From assembly GCF_009914755.1 (NCBI RefSeq), contig NC_060937.1: a DNA stretch of 64,000 nucleotides. One strand, 5' to 3'. The DNA is from the human T2T-CHM13v2.0 reference genome, Homo sapiens. A program made the position numbers and the translations under genes. Positions 38,345 through 52,916 of this stretch are shown piece by piece; the first letter of the stretch is position 1; each line of letters starts with the position of its first letter. Below the pieces are notes generated by a model that saw only the letters and a program-made list of their open reading frames with translations, ran no database searches and was not told the origin of the DNA.

Positions 38345-38662
38345 CTAAATTAAATATAAGTATATATATTATATTAAAAAGTATAAATATATATAAATAT
38401 ATAATTTATATAAAACATATATACATATAATTATATTATATATTTATATAATTATATAAATTATATATAATTTATAATATATTAATAATATATAATATAT
38501 TTATATATAATTTATATATTATAAATTATATAAACATATAATATATAATTATATATAATATATAAATATATAATTATATATAATATATAAATATATATAA
38601 AAATATATAATTATATATAATATATACTTATATATATAATTATATATAATATACATATATAT
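38345..38662. repeat. AT-rich (TA)n-like low-complexity tract
   Basis: ~320 bp of almost pure A/T. Confidence 0.95.
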
Positions 38663-38769
38663 GCAACTCTCACTCGTGGCCCGGCCGCAGCGAACACTTA
38701 GCAGAATTTTGTCAGATGGTGGGTGGATGGGTGAGCAAGAGCTGGCTTCATCCTGTGAGGTCACACAAA

Positions 38770-38905
38770 GCCCAGTACTTGGAAGGACCCTGCACCTGGT
38801 TTAATGCTCTGTGGTCGCTGCATTGAAATCCTTAATAATTTTTTAACATGGAGCCTCGCATTTCCATTTGGTGCTGGACTCTGCAAATTATGTAACCAGT
38901 CCTGC
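38770..38905. mobile_element. MER53-like hAT MITE fragment
   Basis: 'tggtttaatgctctg...ttgaaatccttaataatttt...gcaaattatgtaaccagtcctg'; similar copy at ~47.9-48.0 kb. Confidence 0.6.
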
Positions 38906-39258
38906 GGAACAGTGCCTCGGGGCCAGCTGCGGCACTCTGGGAGTCTCAGCTGTCCCATCGAGTTATGAGCCAAACTCTAGCATGACCCCACATTTTGGTA
39001 CTTTTGGTCATTTCAGCAAAGATAACATATTTGGAACAAAGTCAGTGATGAAAATATTTTGTACTAAACCTGTGCCATTTCATACAAGCTTCCAGGTATA
39101 TTTGTTTTGAAAAATGCAACCTCATCACTGGGGAGAAGGCATCTTCCCACTCCTAGCCTTTCTTTCCTTGAGAAGAGAGTGCAATTAGGGTGAGTTCTTT
39201 CTCCCTTGGACCTTCTTCCATCTGCCAGGGAGATGGAGCACGTTTCCACAGTAAATTT

Positions 39259-39568
39259 AGCCTGGGCGCAGTGACTCACACCTGTAATCCCAATACTTTG
39301 GGAGGCTGAGGCAGGAGGATTGCTAGAGGCCAAGAGTTTGAGACTAGCCTGGGCAACATAGTGAGACCCCCACCTCAACAACAACAAAAAATTTTTAATT
39401 AAAAAAAATTAGTCAGGCATGGTGGTACATGCCGTAGTCCTAGCTACTTGGGAGCGTGAGGTGAAAGGATTGCTTGAGCCCAGGAGTTCGAGGCTGCAGT
39501 GAGCCATGATCACGTCACTGCACTCTAGCCAGGGCAACAGAACAAGATCCTGTCTCAAAAAAAAAAAT
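39259..39568 (+). mobile_element. AluJ element
   Basis: Full Alu; TSD agtaaatttag. Confidence 0.94.
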
Positions 39569-40054
39569 AGTAAATTTAGTAAATTTGGGGACAATCAGCG
39601 GGGCTTGCTCAGTTCTGCTCCTCCCCTTCTCCTCTTTCTGGGGAAGAAGAGAAGGGGAGTCCCCGGTGACCAGGTAGGTGAATGCTTCTAATTCTTGGGT
39701 TCCATATGAGGAAACCCATTTGGCTCTTGCACTGAGCCATGCCCTTCAACCAGCCTTATCAGTAACAACAGTGATATGTTGGCTTCCAACTGTTATTCCA
39801 TCGGCTTACTCAATTTGTTCAGTTCTTGGTTGGGAATAGGGTTGCTATATATTGGACACCCTCAATGACTCCAACAACCACCAAAACCCCTGCCATCCAT
39901 CTTGTGACCTAGAACAATACTTAATTAAAACACCCCCCTCACTACAAGGAAGTAGGATAGGTCCTGGGAAGAGTGTTGGATTCACTGCATCTCAAAGTTG
40001 AAAGGCCCCTTGGATTGAGAAGGAGAAACTCCAAGGAGACTAAAAGCATAGTAC

Positions 40055-40245
40055 ATTAGCTCTCAATCTTTAGTGTGCACCAGAATCATCCAGAAGGCCT
40101 GTCAAACTGGATTTAACTCTTGGCCTCATTCCAGAGTTTCAGATTCTGTAGATCTGGGTGGGGAATCTAAGAATGTGCATGTCTATCAAGTTCCCAGGTG
40201 ATGCTGAGGCTGCTGGTCTGGGAACCCCACTTGGAGAGCCACTGG
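40055..40245. mobile_element. MER5A-like MITE
   Basis: 'cagaatcatcc...caagttcccaggtgatgctgaggctgctggtctgggaaccccacttggagagccactg'. Confidence 0.75.
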
Positions 40246-40707
40246 CCTGATATAAAATGACTTCACTCTGCTATTACAGAGTAGCAACCAGAGCCCAGGT
40301 ATCTGTGCTCTAGCCAATGCGCTTCTTGGTCCATCTTCTTGCCCACTGGTTGCACCTTCCTCAGCCCTGGCTGGAAGTTCCTTTGGTTGCAGTTTTTAGA
40401 CTTGCACTCAACACTTAAGCTGAACTTGCTCTCCTCTTCAAAACAATGTCTATAAACAGCCTAGCGCTTCCTAGGAAAAAAAACACTTCAATACTAAGTA
40501 TTTCTGGCACCAACACCTATTATAAGAAACATGAAAAGAGAAAGTGTTTTATGAAGAAAAATAAGTACAATTCAGAATAAACTTAAAGCAAACGTCATCA
40601 GGCCCAGGACCAAGAACCAAAAAAGTTGGTCAATTTTTTTTTACCCTTCTATGGTACATTCTATGTTTATTTTGCTAAAAACAAATAAGAAAACTTCTTG
40701 TACTTAC

Positions 40708-40789
40708 CCAGAGTATTGGCAGCAAAGTTTTTTTCAAGTCCATCTTCTGTGAGCTCTCTTTTATTGACCATGCAACCTGCATTATTGAT
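40708..40789 (-). CDS. DHRS12: DHRS12 exon 5: INNAGCMVNKRELTEDGLEKNFAANTL (NNAG motif)
   Basis: ttttag| acceptor, |gtaagt donor, 82 nt. Confidence 0.96.
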
Positions 40790-41059
40790 CTAAAATTTAT
40801 AGTTCTCATTTCAAAATAAAGAAAAATAGGGCCAAAAGACCTATTTCCATCCCCACACCTCCACTACCCCACCCCCAGCTCTTTTTCAACTTTCAAGTGA
40901 CAATGACAATTTGCTCAACTGATTCTTTACTCCAAACCCTTTGCAGGAAAATACCACTTGTGCAGAGGATTCAGCCACAGAACTGTGCAAAGATCGCCAA
41001 GTGAGACAGCTTGGCCAGGCAACCTAATTCATGAGAGAGTGCTCTGGAAATTCATCTAG

Positions 41060-41330
41060 TCCAGAACGGTCCAATAGAAATATCTAATCTTAAGATTTCT
41101 AGTAGCCACATTAAAAAGGTAGTAAGAAACTGGTAAAATTAATTTAATAATATATTTAACCAAATATATCCAAAATAGCATCATTTTAACATGTAATCAA
41201 TATAGAATATTAATGAGATGGCATAGATAATTTTTTTCAGGCCTTGAAACCTGCTAATTTATACACTTACACCACATCTCAGTTTGGACTAGCTACATTT
41301 CAAATGCTTCACAGCCACACTGGACAGCAC
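41060..41330. mobile_element. MER33/MER3-like MITE
   Basis: 'tccaatagaaata...tctagtagccacattaaaaag...ttggactagctacatttcaa...tggacagcac'. Confidence 0.65.
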
Positions 41331-41861
41331 AATTCCAGACTCTGGAACAACGTTTCAGAGCACATCAGAAACTCTTCGGATAGAAAAGCAACTTAGCTCC
41401 AAGTAGAGTATCTGGGAAGAGCACACTGGGACTCTTTCTATCTGAGTCTACCCAGGCTCTCCATGGAGTTTTGTGCTAATTATGTTACTAAAAGATTTGC
41501 CTGTCTGCAGGAGGTATTCTTTTGGACAAAAAGAGCTTCTAATTTCAACACACCAATCCCCAAATCTACAGAATTGAGAAAAATTTATATACAAATCATC
41601 ATTTTATAAAACATGGAACATATCTATCCTCCCACAACACCTACCCAGTGGATGGCCCCTTCCTTTCCCCACTAATCTAACCACATGCGTCTCCTCTTAA
41701 ATCCAATGAGTAAACTTGATTCCATGAACAGGCCCAAGCATAAGAGAGTCTTACTAAGATTCTTCCATAAAGACAGGCAAACATACATATCCGTCCACAT
41801 CCACAGACGGAAACAATGGGCCAACATGAATTTATTCTCCACTTATGTTTACAAAGCTCAC

Positions 41862-41954
41862 CAGAACATGGAGTTTATGTTCCTGCTTGAAATTTTCAAC
41901 AAATTTCCAGATTTTCTTGGGATCAGACAAGTCCACAATGTGCAGAAAAATGTT
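41862..41954 (-). CDS. DHRS12: DHRS12 exon 4: NIFLHIVDLSDPKKIWKFVENFKQEHKLHVL
   Basis: atttag| acceptor, |gtgagc donor, 93 nt, phase 0/0. Confidence 0.95.
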
Positions 41955-42289
41955 CTAAATTAGAAAGCAAAAAAAAAAAAAACCCTTTTTAAAAAGATAT
42001 AAACTAGCACTTTTAATTTTAAAAAAGTATACGGTTTTTAAAAAGCAAATACTTTGAAATGATATAAAACGGAAAATACCAGTACCACTCCTCAAAAATA
42101 AACCATTGTTCAGTTTTTTGTGAATCATCCAGAAATATTTTAAGCATATACTATATATACAATACATATATTTTAAGATATATATTTTATATATACATAC
42201 ACCACACAAATAGGATCAGACTATGCATTGTTCTACATCCGTGTTTTTCACTTAACAATATGTCTTTTAGTTTTTGGTGGTAAAAACAG

Positions 42290-43520
<1,231 letters not shown>

Positions 43521-46500
43521 GAGGTCTTGGAGATGATTTTGTTACATATGAATCCACCCTATTCGTTTTAATGACTACATAATTTACCTTTGCATGGATA
43601 TGTCAGGGTTTCCTGCTGCTGATCTTTTTTTTTTTTTGGTCAAAAGTTTGCTCTTCAGACAGTATCTCAGGCACATCATAAATAAGATGACAACTTCTGC
43701 TGTGACCCTTAGTCCTTGCTCATGACACTTTTCAATCTCTGCCTTGTATCATGGTTATCACTGGACACAGCCACCTCCCCAGCAGGCTTAGAACTCCATG
43801 AGTAAGGGACCCTGTCTAATGTGCCGTTTCTCCTTATGGTATTACACACAGTCATAGGCATGGTAGTCAACTAATGGATCTTGGCTGTTTAAACCTTTTT
43901 CTCTGTACCCAGTACCTAAGTCCAAACTTGCATTCTTAGCATCCAATGAATGCAACGGCATCCTCTCTGAGCATCAGTGGACATACGTGACTTATCACTA
44001 ACCCAAGGCAGAGGGCACCTAAGTATTGAACCTACAGACGAGGATCTGAGCAAGAGCCACAACTCCTTTGACAAAGCAGAGAAGTTCCGTGCCCTGCCTG
44101 AGTTTCCCCATTAATCAAGCTATAAAACTCAAAGCTGTAGTCGAATTTATTTCTACTCATCTTAAAACATATTGTTTTCTCACCTGAGACAAATGAGACA
44201 AAGCAACTCCACATTTTCATGACTCAGAAAGTCTAGTCAGGTTGAACACCATATTCAGCTTAAGCCTGGCCCAACTGAATATTCCTCTGCCTTCAAAGGA
44301 TAGGAAAAATGTTGTCTGTACAGAGCTATTCTCTTTTAAAATGTCTGTGAAGGCCCTCACCCAGCCAGAGCGAACAAGGCTGCTGAGTCATATCTGAGTC
44401 AGCCAGGAGCCTGTACCAATGACTGCAAACTGAGTCTAGACACCTAATCCTTCCATTTTGAGGCCTTGTCTGCCACCACCCTAAAACTCCCTCCTACCAG
44501 AAAGCGCTGTGTAACATGTATACAAAATCCAGGTTAAAACAGCAACAAAACTCAAGTGAACTAAAAGCAATTCTGCTTTAAACGTTCCACAAGTTATCTG
44601 AGCTTCCTGGAAGCGCCTGAGATGTCTCAGAGTGAAAAGGAGGCAATAGCAGGGAAGAGAGAATCACTGTCCTAGACAAATCAGCCACGGAGCTGGTGAC
44701 ATGAAGCACCAAGAAAAGAGGAAGGAAATCATCTGTGTCCCTCTGAGGCAAAACAGGAGGCCACAAAGCACCCAGAAGGAGAGGCTGGCAGTCTGCTGTG
44801 GCCAGGAGAAGGAACTGGAAACAGGTGCATGTGTGTAAAAGTCCCAATCTGCGGAGCCACACAATGAGAAGGCTCACCTTAGGAGCCACTGGGCCCCACT
44901 GTGATACAAGCATGGTTACTGAAATTGAACAAAACAAAACTCAACTGGGACCCTTTCTGCAGACAAGCCACCATCTATAGCGGCTGTGTGACCCAGGAGT
45001 CATGAGGTGACATCATGGGGACTGATCCCCCCATCAGAGCAGTTCCCACAATGAGCACGGTAAACAGTGCATGGAGGTGTTTTGTTAAGTAGAAATCATT
45101 CTGGAGAAATGAGGCGGTATTTCATAAAACCACTGAGGTCTTGGGAAGCTAAATCAACCATTCTCAAGAAGCTAGAAATCCACATTGGCCTGGAAGAGCT
45201 GGAGAGTCGAAACCCGTTTTTTATCATGGTGTGTGATGTTGGTGGAGTCAATCACCCATAAGACATAAGTGCTTTCACAGAACCTTCCAGCCACATCAGG
45301 AGGCCTGCAGGACTGAAAAATGTTGCCCAGGCACCTGTCCCTCTGTGATCTTTCCCTCTAAAACCCATAACTCCAGTGTAATCATCAGAAAGACATCAGA
45401 CAAATCCCAACTGTGAAAGCCTATCTCAAAAATAGCCTATCTCAAAAATCCCGAGAGCCTATCTCAAAAAATAATACATAAAATAGAAGTTTTTTTTTTT
45501 TTAATGTTACCCATGGAGATAACTGCTAGACGAAAGTCTGGAGCCAGGTAGTAAGGTGGGGCTGAACTGCAACCAGAAGCCTGGGGAAAAAGGTACACCC
45601 TGTTTCTCCCCTAGGCCCTTTGGGAGCATCGTGTCCAGTGGACTGGTGAGCCAGCAGTCTGCTCTACAGTAACCAGTACTCCTTTCCCCAAGCTTAAGCC
45701 ACACATAACCTCTCTGAAAGATCACCTCAGCATGATATTCACCTCTCTATATGGCCAAACACCTGATCTTACCAAGCCAGCGTGTACAAGCAGCTGAGAT
45801 CCCCACGTGACCTTGAGCCTTACCTGGTGCCTGTGCTCCCTGGCTCAGCTGGCCTGCCGCACACCTCACCCAGACCCTCCTGCCCAAGGGACCTTCTTTC
45901 TTTGATGTTCACCCAACCATGCAGGCAGGACCAGCTGCTCCACTGCCCTCACAGCTCTACCACACATCTTTTCTGCTACTGGGGGCTTGCAGGCTTCCAC
46001 CTCCCACTGAGCAGGGCCTAAGCACTGATTAAACAGAACACACTTGAAGCAGAGAATGTAAGGTTGGGAGTGGTAATAATATTAGTATAAACAATAATGA
46101 TAATACCAACAATAATAATAGTAGCTACTTCTATTGATTGAGAGCTGTTTGTTCTTAGGATACCCTGAGCTTCCCATCTTGTAGCCCTTATCATGTTATT
46201 TCAGTAACATCTAACAGACACCTCTTTCAACAGAGGGAACTGAACGCAGGGATTGATTTCCCAGGTGATTAAGGAAGGTGAGAACTCAACCAGGATTGGT
46301 GAAGTAACCCAGAGATTAGTAACAACAGGAAACTACCACCAGCCCTAGGCTCAAGGAACAAAGGGAGAATGCAGTGTGGCCTGAGCCCAGGAACCAGAAG
46401 GAAGAACCAGAGAGGAGATTCGCCATCACCAGGGAAGCCAATATCTCAATTCCCCCCTTCCTTTCACCTAGCAATCTTCCTCTAGTAACTGCCATTGGCC

Positions 46501-47899
46501 AAACCCAGCCAAAAGCTGTCTGGTTGTAGGAGCTGAAGAAACACATACCTTGGGGTTCATACTATTTGTCCCCCAACCCACCCCCACTATGATACAGAGC
46601 ATGGCGGCCAGGCCCAGGGCAGGCACACACACTTCAAGGAAACTGTTAATCACTTGTATCCTGCACAAGACTGTCTGGGGCTGTGTCTGTCCCAATCACT
46701 GTGTCTCCAGCTGTTTGGCATACGGTTCACCCTTAAATACATGTTAAAAAACTAATAAAGTCAAGTTACCCCTATTTTTTAATGAGGAAATGAATGTTCA
46801 GGGAAGCTAAGAACTTTGCCCAAGCTCACAGGCCAGAAAGTGCAAAACCAGGACTCGTATCAGAGCCCAACTCCCTCCTTCATACCACGCTTTTGTGTGT
46901 GGGCTGCCTACCAAAGGTAGACCAGATGAAGCTGTGGAGTGGGGCCTCTTCATAAGCAGGGAGGGACAGCTGATCCCTGGCAGAGCCTGGAGGAGACACT
47001 GAGTCAGGGAAACCACAGACACTGGCATAAGCAGACAGGTACCCTCATCCTGGACGCTCCACCTCTGAGTGCTGGAGGCCACTTATAAACCCGAGAGAGC
47101 AGTGAATGTCCTGTGTGTGCATTCAAATCCCGTCAAGTGTATCTGTATGGAGGTGAGGGGGGCAGTAGGCAAGGGCTTGCTTTCTCCCCAGTGCAGGAAC
47201 ATGCTTGCTCCCCTTTTCAGCTCTCTACCCCTCCTAAACATGGTGGAATTAGATATAAGCCAAACAGATCCATATTATCATCATTTTTCATTTAAATATA
47301 CTTTTTAAAGCCTGTGGCCCACACCACAGCAGGCTGGAATCCAGGCAAACCTCCTCCTGTCCGTGGCCTGAGATTAGTATTCTTGTTGCATCCTGCAGCA
47401 GCACCACCGAAAGTTATCAGCAGGCAGACAGCCAGCTTTCAATCTCGAGAACTGCAGCCCGCAGATCGCAGCGGCACTTGCAGACATTAGAGGAAGATTT
47501 AGAGACCCTCACACTTGCCGCCAGCACTAAGCCTCTGTAAGGCACCTGATGGCATGAGACTGGGGATTTCCATGAGAAAGGGAAAGGAACAGACACTTGG
47601 TGTGAAAATGTTATTTCAAAGTTGATGCAAAATATTCCATCCTAGAGAGGGGCATTCTTCTCTTTGACCAGGGTCCATGCCTGAGGGTGGGTACTGTCTG
47701 TCCCTCCCCAGCTTCCCTCCTACAGGCCCTCCAATTGTGGGGTCTCCTAGAGAAGAGGTAGGAATGGAATGAGGATGTTCTTTAGTGACAGTGAGCGAGC
47801 AGCCATGACTGAGGGTCCTTTTGGGGGTCAGGGTTTTCCATTCAGGGCAGCCTTATGGCTACACGATGGATCATGGGAATATGATCTATACAGCTGCAC

Positions 47900-48035
47900 A
47901 CGCCCTGCGACTGGAAAGGCCTCAAGCTTGGTTTAATGTCCTGCCTTTGTTGTGTAGAAATTCTAAATAACTTTTACACAAGGGTCTTGCATTTTCATTT
48001 TGCACCGAGCCCCACTAATTATGTAGCCAATCCTG
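47900..48035. mobile_element. MER53-like MITE fragment
   Basis: Similar to 38770-38905. Confidence 0.55.
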
Positions 48036-48521
48036 GTTCCAGCTCTTTCAGAACAGAAAGACCACAAAATGTGAGGCAGCTCTGAAGGCTCGTGTCAGAA
48101 AGTAGCTCTCATCAAGACCCAAATGCTGCCGGTGTTTCTCTTTATTAGAGCACATCGGGTCAATGCATGGCTCCGTGGCACCCGGGTGACCCTTGCTGTG
48201 TGTTGCTGATGTGGGCTCCCTCTGAGGTGAGGAGACTGGAAGTATCACTGTCCAGTGTAATGGGCCTCTGCCTGCTGGCCTCTGCTGGTTTCACAGGCAG
48301 CTCAGGACCATGCGGTCAAGCCTCAGTGCCCCCACTTATCCCCTTGTCAAACCTAGCCATTCAAAAGCAGGGCCCAGCTCCCTGCTGGCCGAGGCTGCTT
48401 CCAAAGCAGAAGCACAAACACAGGCCCTCTTCAACCCAGGGAAAGCGGGTAGGAGTCCAGCCTCCTCACAGCTGACCATGGAGGCAAGGAAACCCAGCAG
48501 GAGGGGTGAGGAGCTGCTCAC

Positions 48522-48604
48522 CTGGTTACCGCTCTCCCGGATGATCTCACCCCTGGCATCTTCTGCTGGGGCTTGATCTCGACAAACCAGGTGAACTGTG
48601 CCAC
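48522..48604 (-). CDS. DHRS12: DHRS12 exon 3: GTVHLVCRDQAPAEDARGEIIRESGNQ
   Basis: ccaccag| acceptor, CAG|gtgagc donor, 83 nt, phases 1/0; VCR Rossmann beta-2 motif. Confidence 0.93.
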
Positions 48605-50229
48605 CTGGTGGAATTCAATGAAACCATCTGTGAGTTACAGCGAGAGCTACAGAAACCAGCTCTTCCTAATGAAAAATGAAGACATATGGGCTCACAGTTG
48701 ACACTCTTCTGTTAAGCCTAGATGGGTGGTTCCCAGAGTTAAGAGCAGCAAGGGCGATGGTGAGGGAGGTGCTGGAACCTTATTGCCTACCTGTGCTGAC
48801 AGTGCGTCTGGAATAACATCCTGATTTTTTGAGGGCCTGAACACATCAAGGATAAGAAACATTGATCTGGGTCACATATGCCTCCCTAGCATCTAGCATA
48901 GTAGCTGACCCAGATGTGTTAAACCTGGCTGCACTTTAGACTCATGTAGGGAGCTTTTAAAGATCTAGGCGATAGGCCCAGGACTGGGTATGTTTTACAA
49001 GCTCCCCTGGTGATGTAATGTTCAGCCAAAGTAGACAGCCACTTGCCTAGCATGTAGTAGAGACTCAAGTATTGACTGAATGTTGAGTCCATCAGCAGCC
49101 CTCATATTATCCCAGCAAATGCCACACCATCATCAATCAAGGTCAATTTAAAGCAGAATGCCTTCGCCGTGGCAGCTAAGAACGAATCGTTATGGAGTCT
49201 GCTTTCTTTACTAAAAATCACCCACTTGATTAAATGGGGTGTTTCATGGGAGGCTACAGGCTAACCACAACACTAGCCCCTCTTCTCTCCTCCTCTCCGC
49301 ACTTCAGAGTGCTTCCCAGCTGCTAAGATGCAATTAATCCTCTCCCTGACTTGGCAGATAATTAAATAAAGCTTCAAATGATATAATAGTCCCCTGAAAA
49401 ATGCCTAACTTGGATTTAGAGAGAAGAAAAAAGAAAACATCTTCAGCATCTTAAAAAGTGATAAATTCACAACCTAGTTCCCCACCTTCTGCTGGAACAT
49501 CCATTTTTCCTGAAGAGGCTCTGGAGAGATGCAGCAAACTTTTCTAGCCACTGCAGAGCCATTTGGTGACCCAGGATCGTTGAGCTCATGCAGGAAATTC
49601 TGGCATTTACCATGAGGAAGACTTCTGCTGACTGAAGACTTTACAGTGCACCTGAAGCACCTCTTTATAGTCAAGCTTAGGGGAGGGAAGCGGGAGGCTG
49701 CTCTAGCCCTGGAGGCTGGACCCCAGCAAGGAGGAAGTTTAGTTCAATGCACTCCTCTCTCCAGGTATTTTGGGGGCCTTGGTTCATAACTACCATCCAC
49801 ATCCAAATTGCAGTGGACTTTGAGGCTCCCCCTCCCCTTGTCTCTCACCCCAGGAGAGTCTCATTGAGAAGACATGAGTTAGAGACCAGGTGTTCATGTT
49901 TTTGTTTTTGTTTTTTTAATTAAATTCCACTGGGGATTCTGATGTCCAGGGTTTGCTTGAGCCCCTCGCTGTTCTTAATCAGAAAACACTGGGACACGTG
50001 GGCAGGACCCCAAGCTCGCCTGAGAATTAATTAAGTGTTGAGGAAAGGGCTCCTGTTGCTCTAGCCACCTGGAGCTCAAAACTCAGAAAGCTGGCAGCTG
50101 TGCCCAGAACCATGGGATCGCCGTCCAGGACTTCCTGGCCTGCCTGTGACACAGGGTGCCCTCCTCAGTGTGGACCGGCCGCAGTCTGGCCGTGGGGCTC
50201 AGTGGACACACGTGTTAGCAGCTGCTTAC

Positions 50230-50363
50230 CTCGCTTGGCGATTTCAAGGGCAGTTGCTTTGCCAATGCCGCTGTTTCCTCCAGTGACCAAAAAGACTCTT
50301 CCAGGAATCTGGACCTCCAAGTCATGAGGGACAAAGTCTTTACATGCAGATTCATAGCCACTC
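50230..50363 (-). CDS. DHRS12: DHRS12 exon 2: SGYESACKDFVPHDLEVQIPGRVFLVTGGNSGIGKATALEIAKR (TGxxxGxG)
   Basis: tttctag| acceptor, |gtaagc donor, 134 nt; SDR cofactor-binding motif. Confidence 0.96.
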
Positions 50364-51886
50364 CTAGAAAGAGCAGACCCACAGGAAGACCAGCTGTAAG
50401 GAGTGGGGAACACAAACCCCTGCAGGAGAAAGCCTAATTCTAGGATGGGCATTATTGCTGTCTCCGCCTCTCCCAACACATCACGAAACTCCTTTCTCCC
50501 TTGCCCTCCCTGCTCTCACAAACACCACTATCTCGGGGCCTGCATTTCCTGGACCATGATCTTTCCAAACTTTTGAAAATATTGGAGATTCCAACATTTT
50601 GGCATCCAAATTGTCTTCCTCTGACTGCCCCGATCCTGGGGAGTGGCAAAAAGAAAAAAAATCCCTTGACAGATGAATTGCTCTTTTCCCTTTTGTGGGG
50701 GGCAGGTTTCAGGAAGCTTAGGAGACCATTTGCATTGTGCTTATTGCATTGCAGGACAGATATCCTTGCCTACTTGGAGAAACGGGGGAGATTTGCAAGT
50801 AGGGAATAAAGGAGGAGGATGGTAGAGTTATTTAAGCTCTGCACCCATCAGAGGAAGCCAAGGCTCCTTCAGGGACACAAGGTGTGCACTGCACAGCTCT
50901 AGGGAGTGCCATTCGGATCAGAATGATGGGATATTTGTATCTGCATTATGATAATGTTCTGGCAGGTGGCAGAAAAGCATATTGCAGAAGAGGTATTTTT
51001 TCTGATTTGCACAAAGGCATCATATTGGATAGATGCAATTGTGAGTTCTTTAACTGTTTCTTTTTCCCATTCCTTTTGCGATACCTCTCTACCTTTACTC
51101 TTCTAGTATTTCCTGGCTATGAAATTGGCTAAGGGCAGTGGTGGCAGAATGGTGGGGTTGGCAGGTGGAGGCCCAGAGGGCAGACTCTGCCCACGCACAG
51201 GCAGGCTGGGGTCTCAGAGCTTACATCTCTCACCTACGGAGCCGAGAGATTTCTCCTGGGCAATGCAGGATGGGACTCTGATCTCAAGGCTCCACAGATG
51301 CTGAGAGCCCTCCCACAGGACCTGTTTACAAAAGGGTAGCCAACAGCTGGCCTCCTGCCCCATGCCCTGGTACAGCACAACTGCCAGTTACATGCTCTGG
51401 AACTCGGGGAAGTGGCCAAAGGATGTTTATGAGCTTGGGTTTGGTTTGAAAGTCATTGCCACGGGGCAGGCATTGCCACTTGTTTCAGTCAAGCCAGATG
51501 TTCTTAAGAGAACAAGAAAAATGTTCCTGTTTTCACCATCTGTAACTCACCAGAACATGCAGGGCAGCTTAGAGAACACCCTACCCATTGCTTCTGCTGT
51601 GAGTGGCAAGCAAGACTTCTTATTCCAAAGCCTTCCCAAAAAGGTTGACTTGAAACTTAAAAATATCAGTAACAAGGGCTTGAACAACCTGGGTTTAAGT
51701 CACAGCTCAGCCTCTTACTAGCTGTGCCATCTTGTGTGTTGATTTAACCTTTCTGAGCTCTTATCTCCTCATCTGCAGAAAGGGAATAATAAGAGATACC
51801 TCTTGGGCAGCCTAAATGAGATGCCACATCTAAGGCACTTATGACAGCACTTGGAACATATTAGGAGCTCAATAATTAGCAGCTGA

Positions 51887-52182
<296 letters not shown>

Positions 52183-52862
52183 TGACATTATTATTATCAC
52201 TATTAATAATGACAGTACCGTCCATGTTCACACTTGAGCTCATTTGGCCCCCAAGCCTTCAAATCAGTAGGGACTTTGAGAGCATTTTAAACTACAAAGA
52301 GGAAACTGGAAGATTTTTTTCCCCCTAAACACAGACGTGAGCCCTGGAATCTCTGTGAAAGGCTTTTCCGGTAGAGGCAAGGGCCTGAGTCAATGAATAG
52401 GGGCTTAGCTAGGAGGAGGCATTGTGGGGAATGAGTGAGAACTTCCCAAATACAATAGAGCCAGAAAAAAAGCAGTCCACAGGGAACAGGCCTGAAGAGC
52501 CCTTCTCCAGGGGCAGGAAGCTGACAGGCTTTTCTCTGTGATACCCAGTCAGAGGGGACATTAGCCTCTGGGCTCCACACTGATCCGTATTAGAGACGAA
52601 TGTTTGCTGAGGCTGGCTCCTCTGGGTTGAACCTCTTCCTCAAACTCCAGACTGGGAGTGCTGCCAAGCGGGCAGTACCAGCCTGGCCTGCAGGACATGT
52701 CCCCGCCCTCTGTCCTCTGCCTTGGATCTTGCCTTCCATACAAGAATTCCATCCTGGTCCGATCTGTTGTTAATAAGACTTGTCTTTTATGTACTCTGCC
52801 CCTTATTGGGGAAGCATTTTATTTTCACTCTAGAAATCAGTCTCTAGATATCAGTCTCTATT

Positions 52863-52865
<3 letters not shown>

Positions 52866-52914
<49 letters not shown>
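52866..52914. repeat. (CA)n microsatellite, ~24 units
   Basis: Seen directly. Confidence 0.97.

Positions 52915-52916
<2 letters not shown>

Noticed and set aside
50364-50479. In-frame N-terminal extension of DHRS12 exon 2 (MLGEAETAIMP...)
   Set aside because: Open intronic frame with no promoter evidence; exon 1 splices in phase and explains the protein
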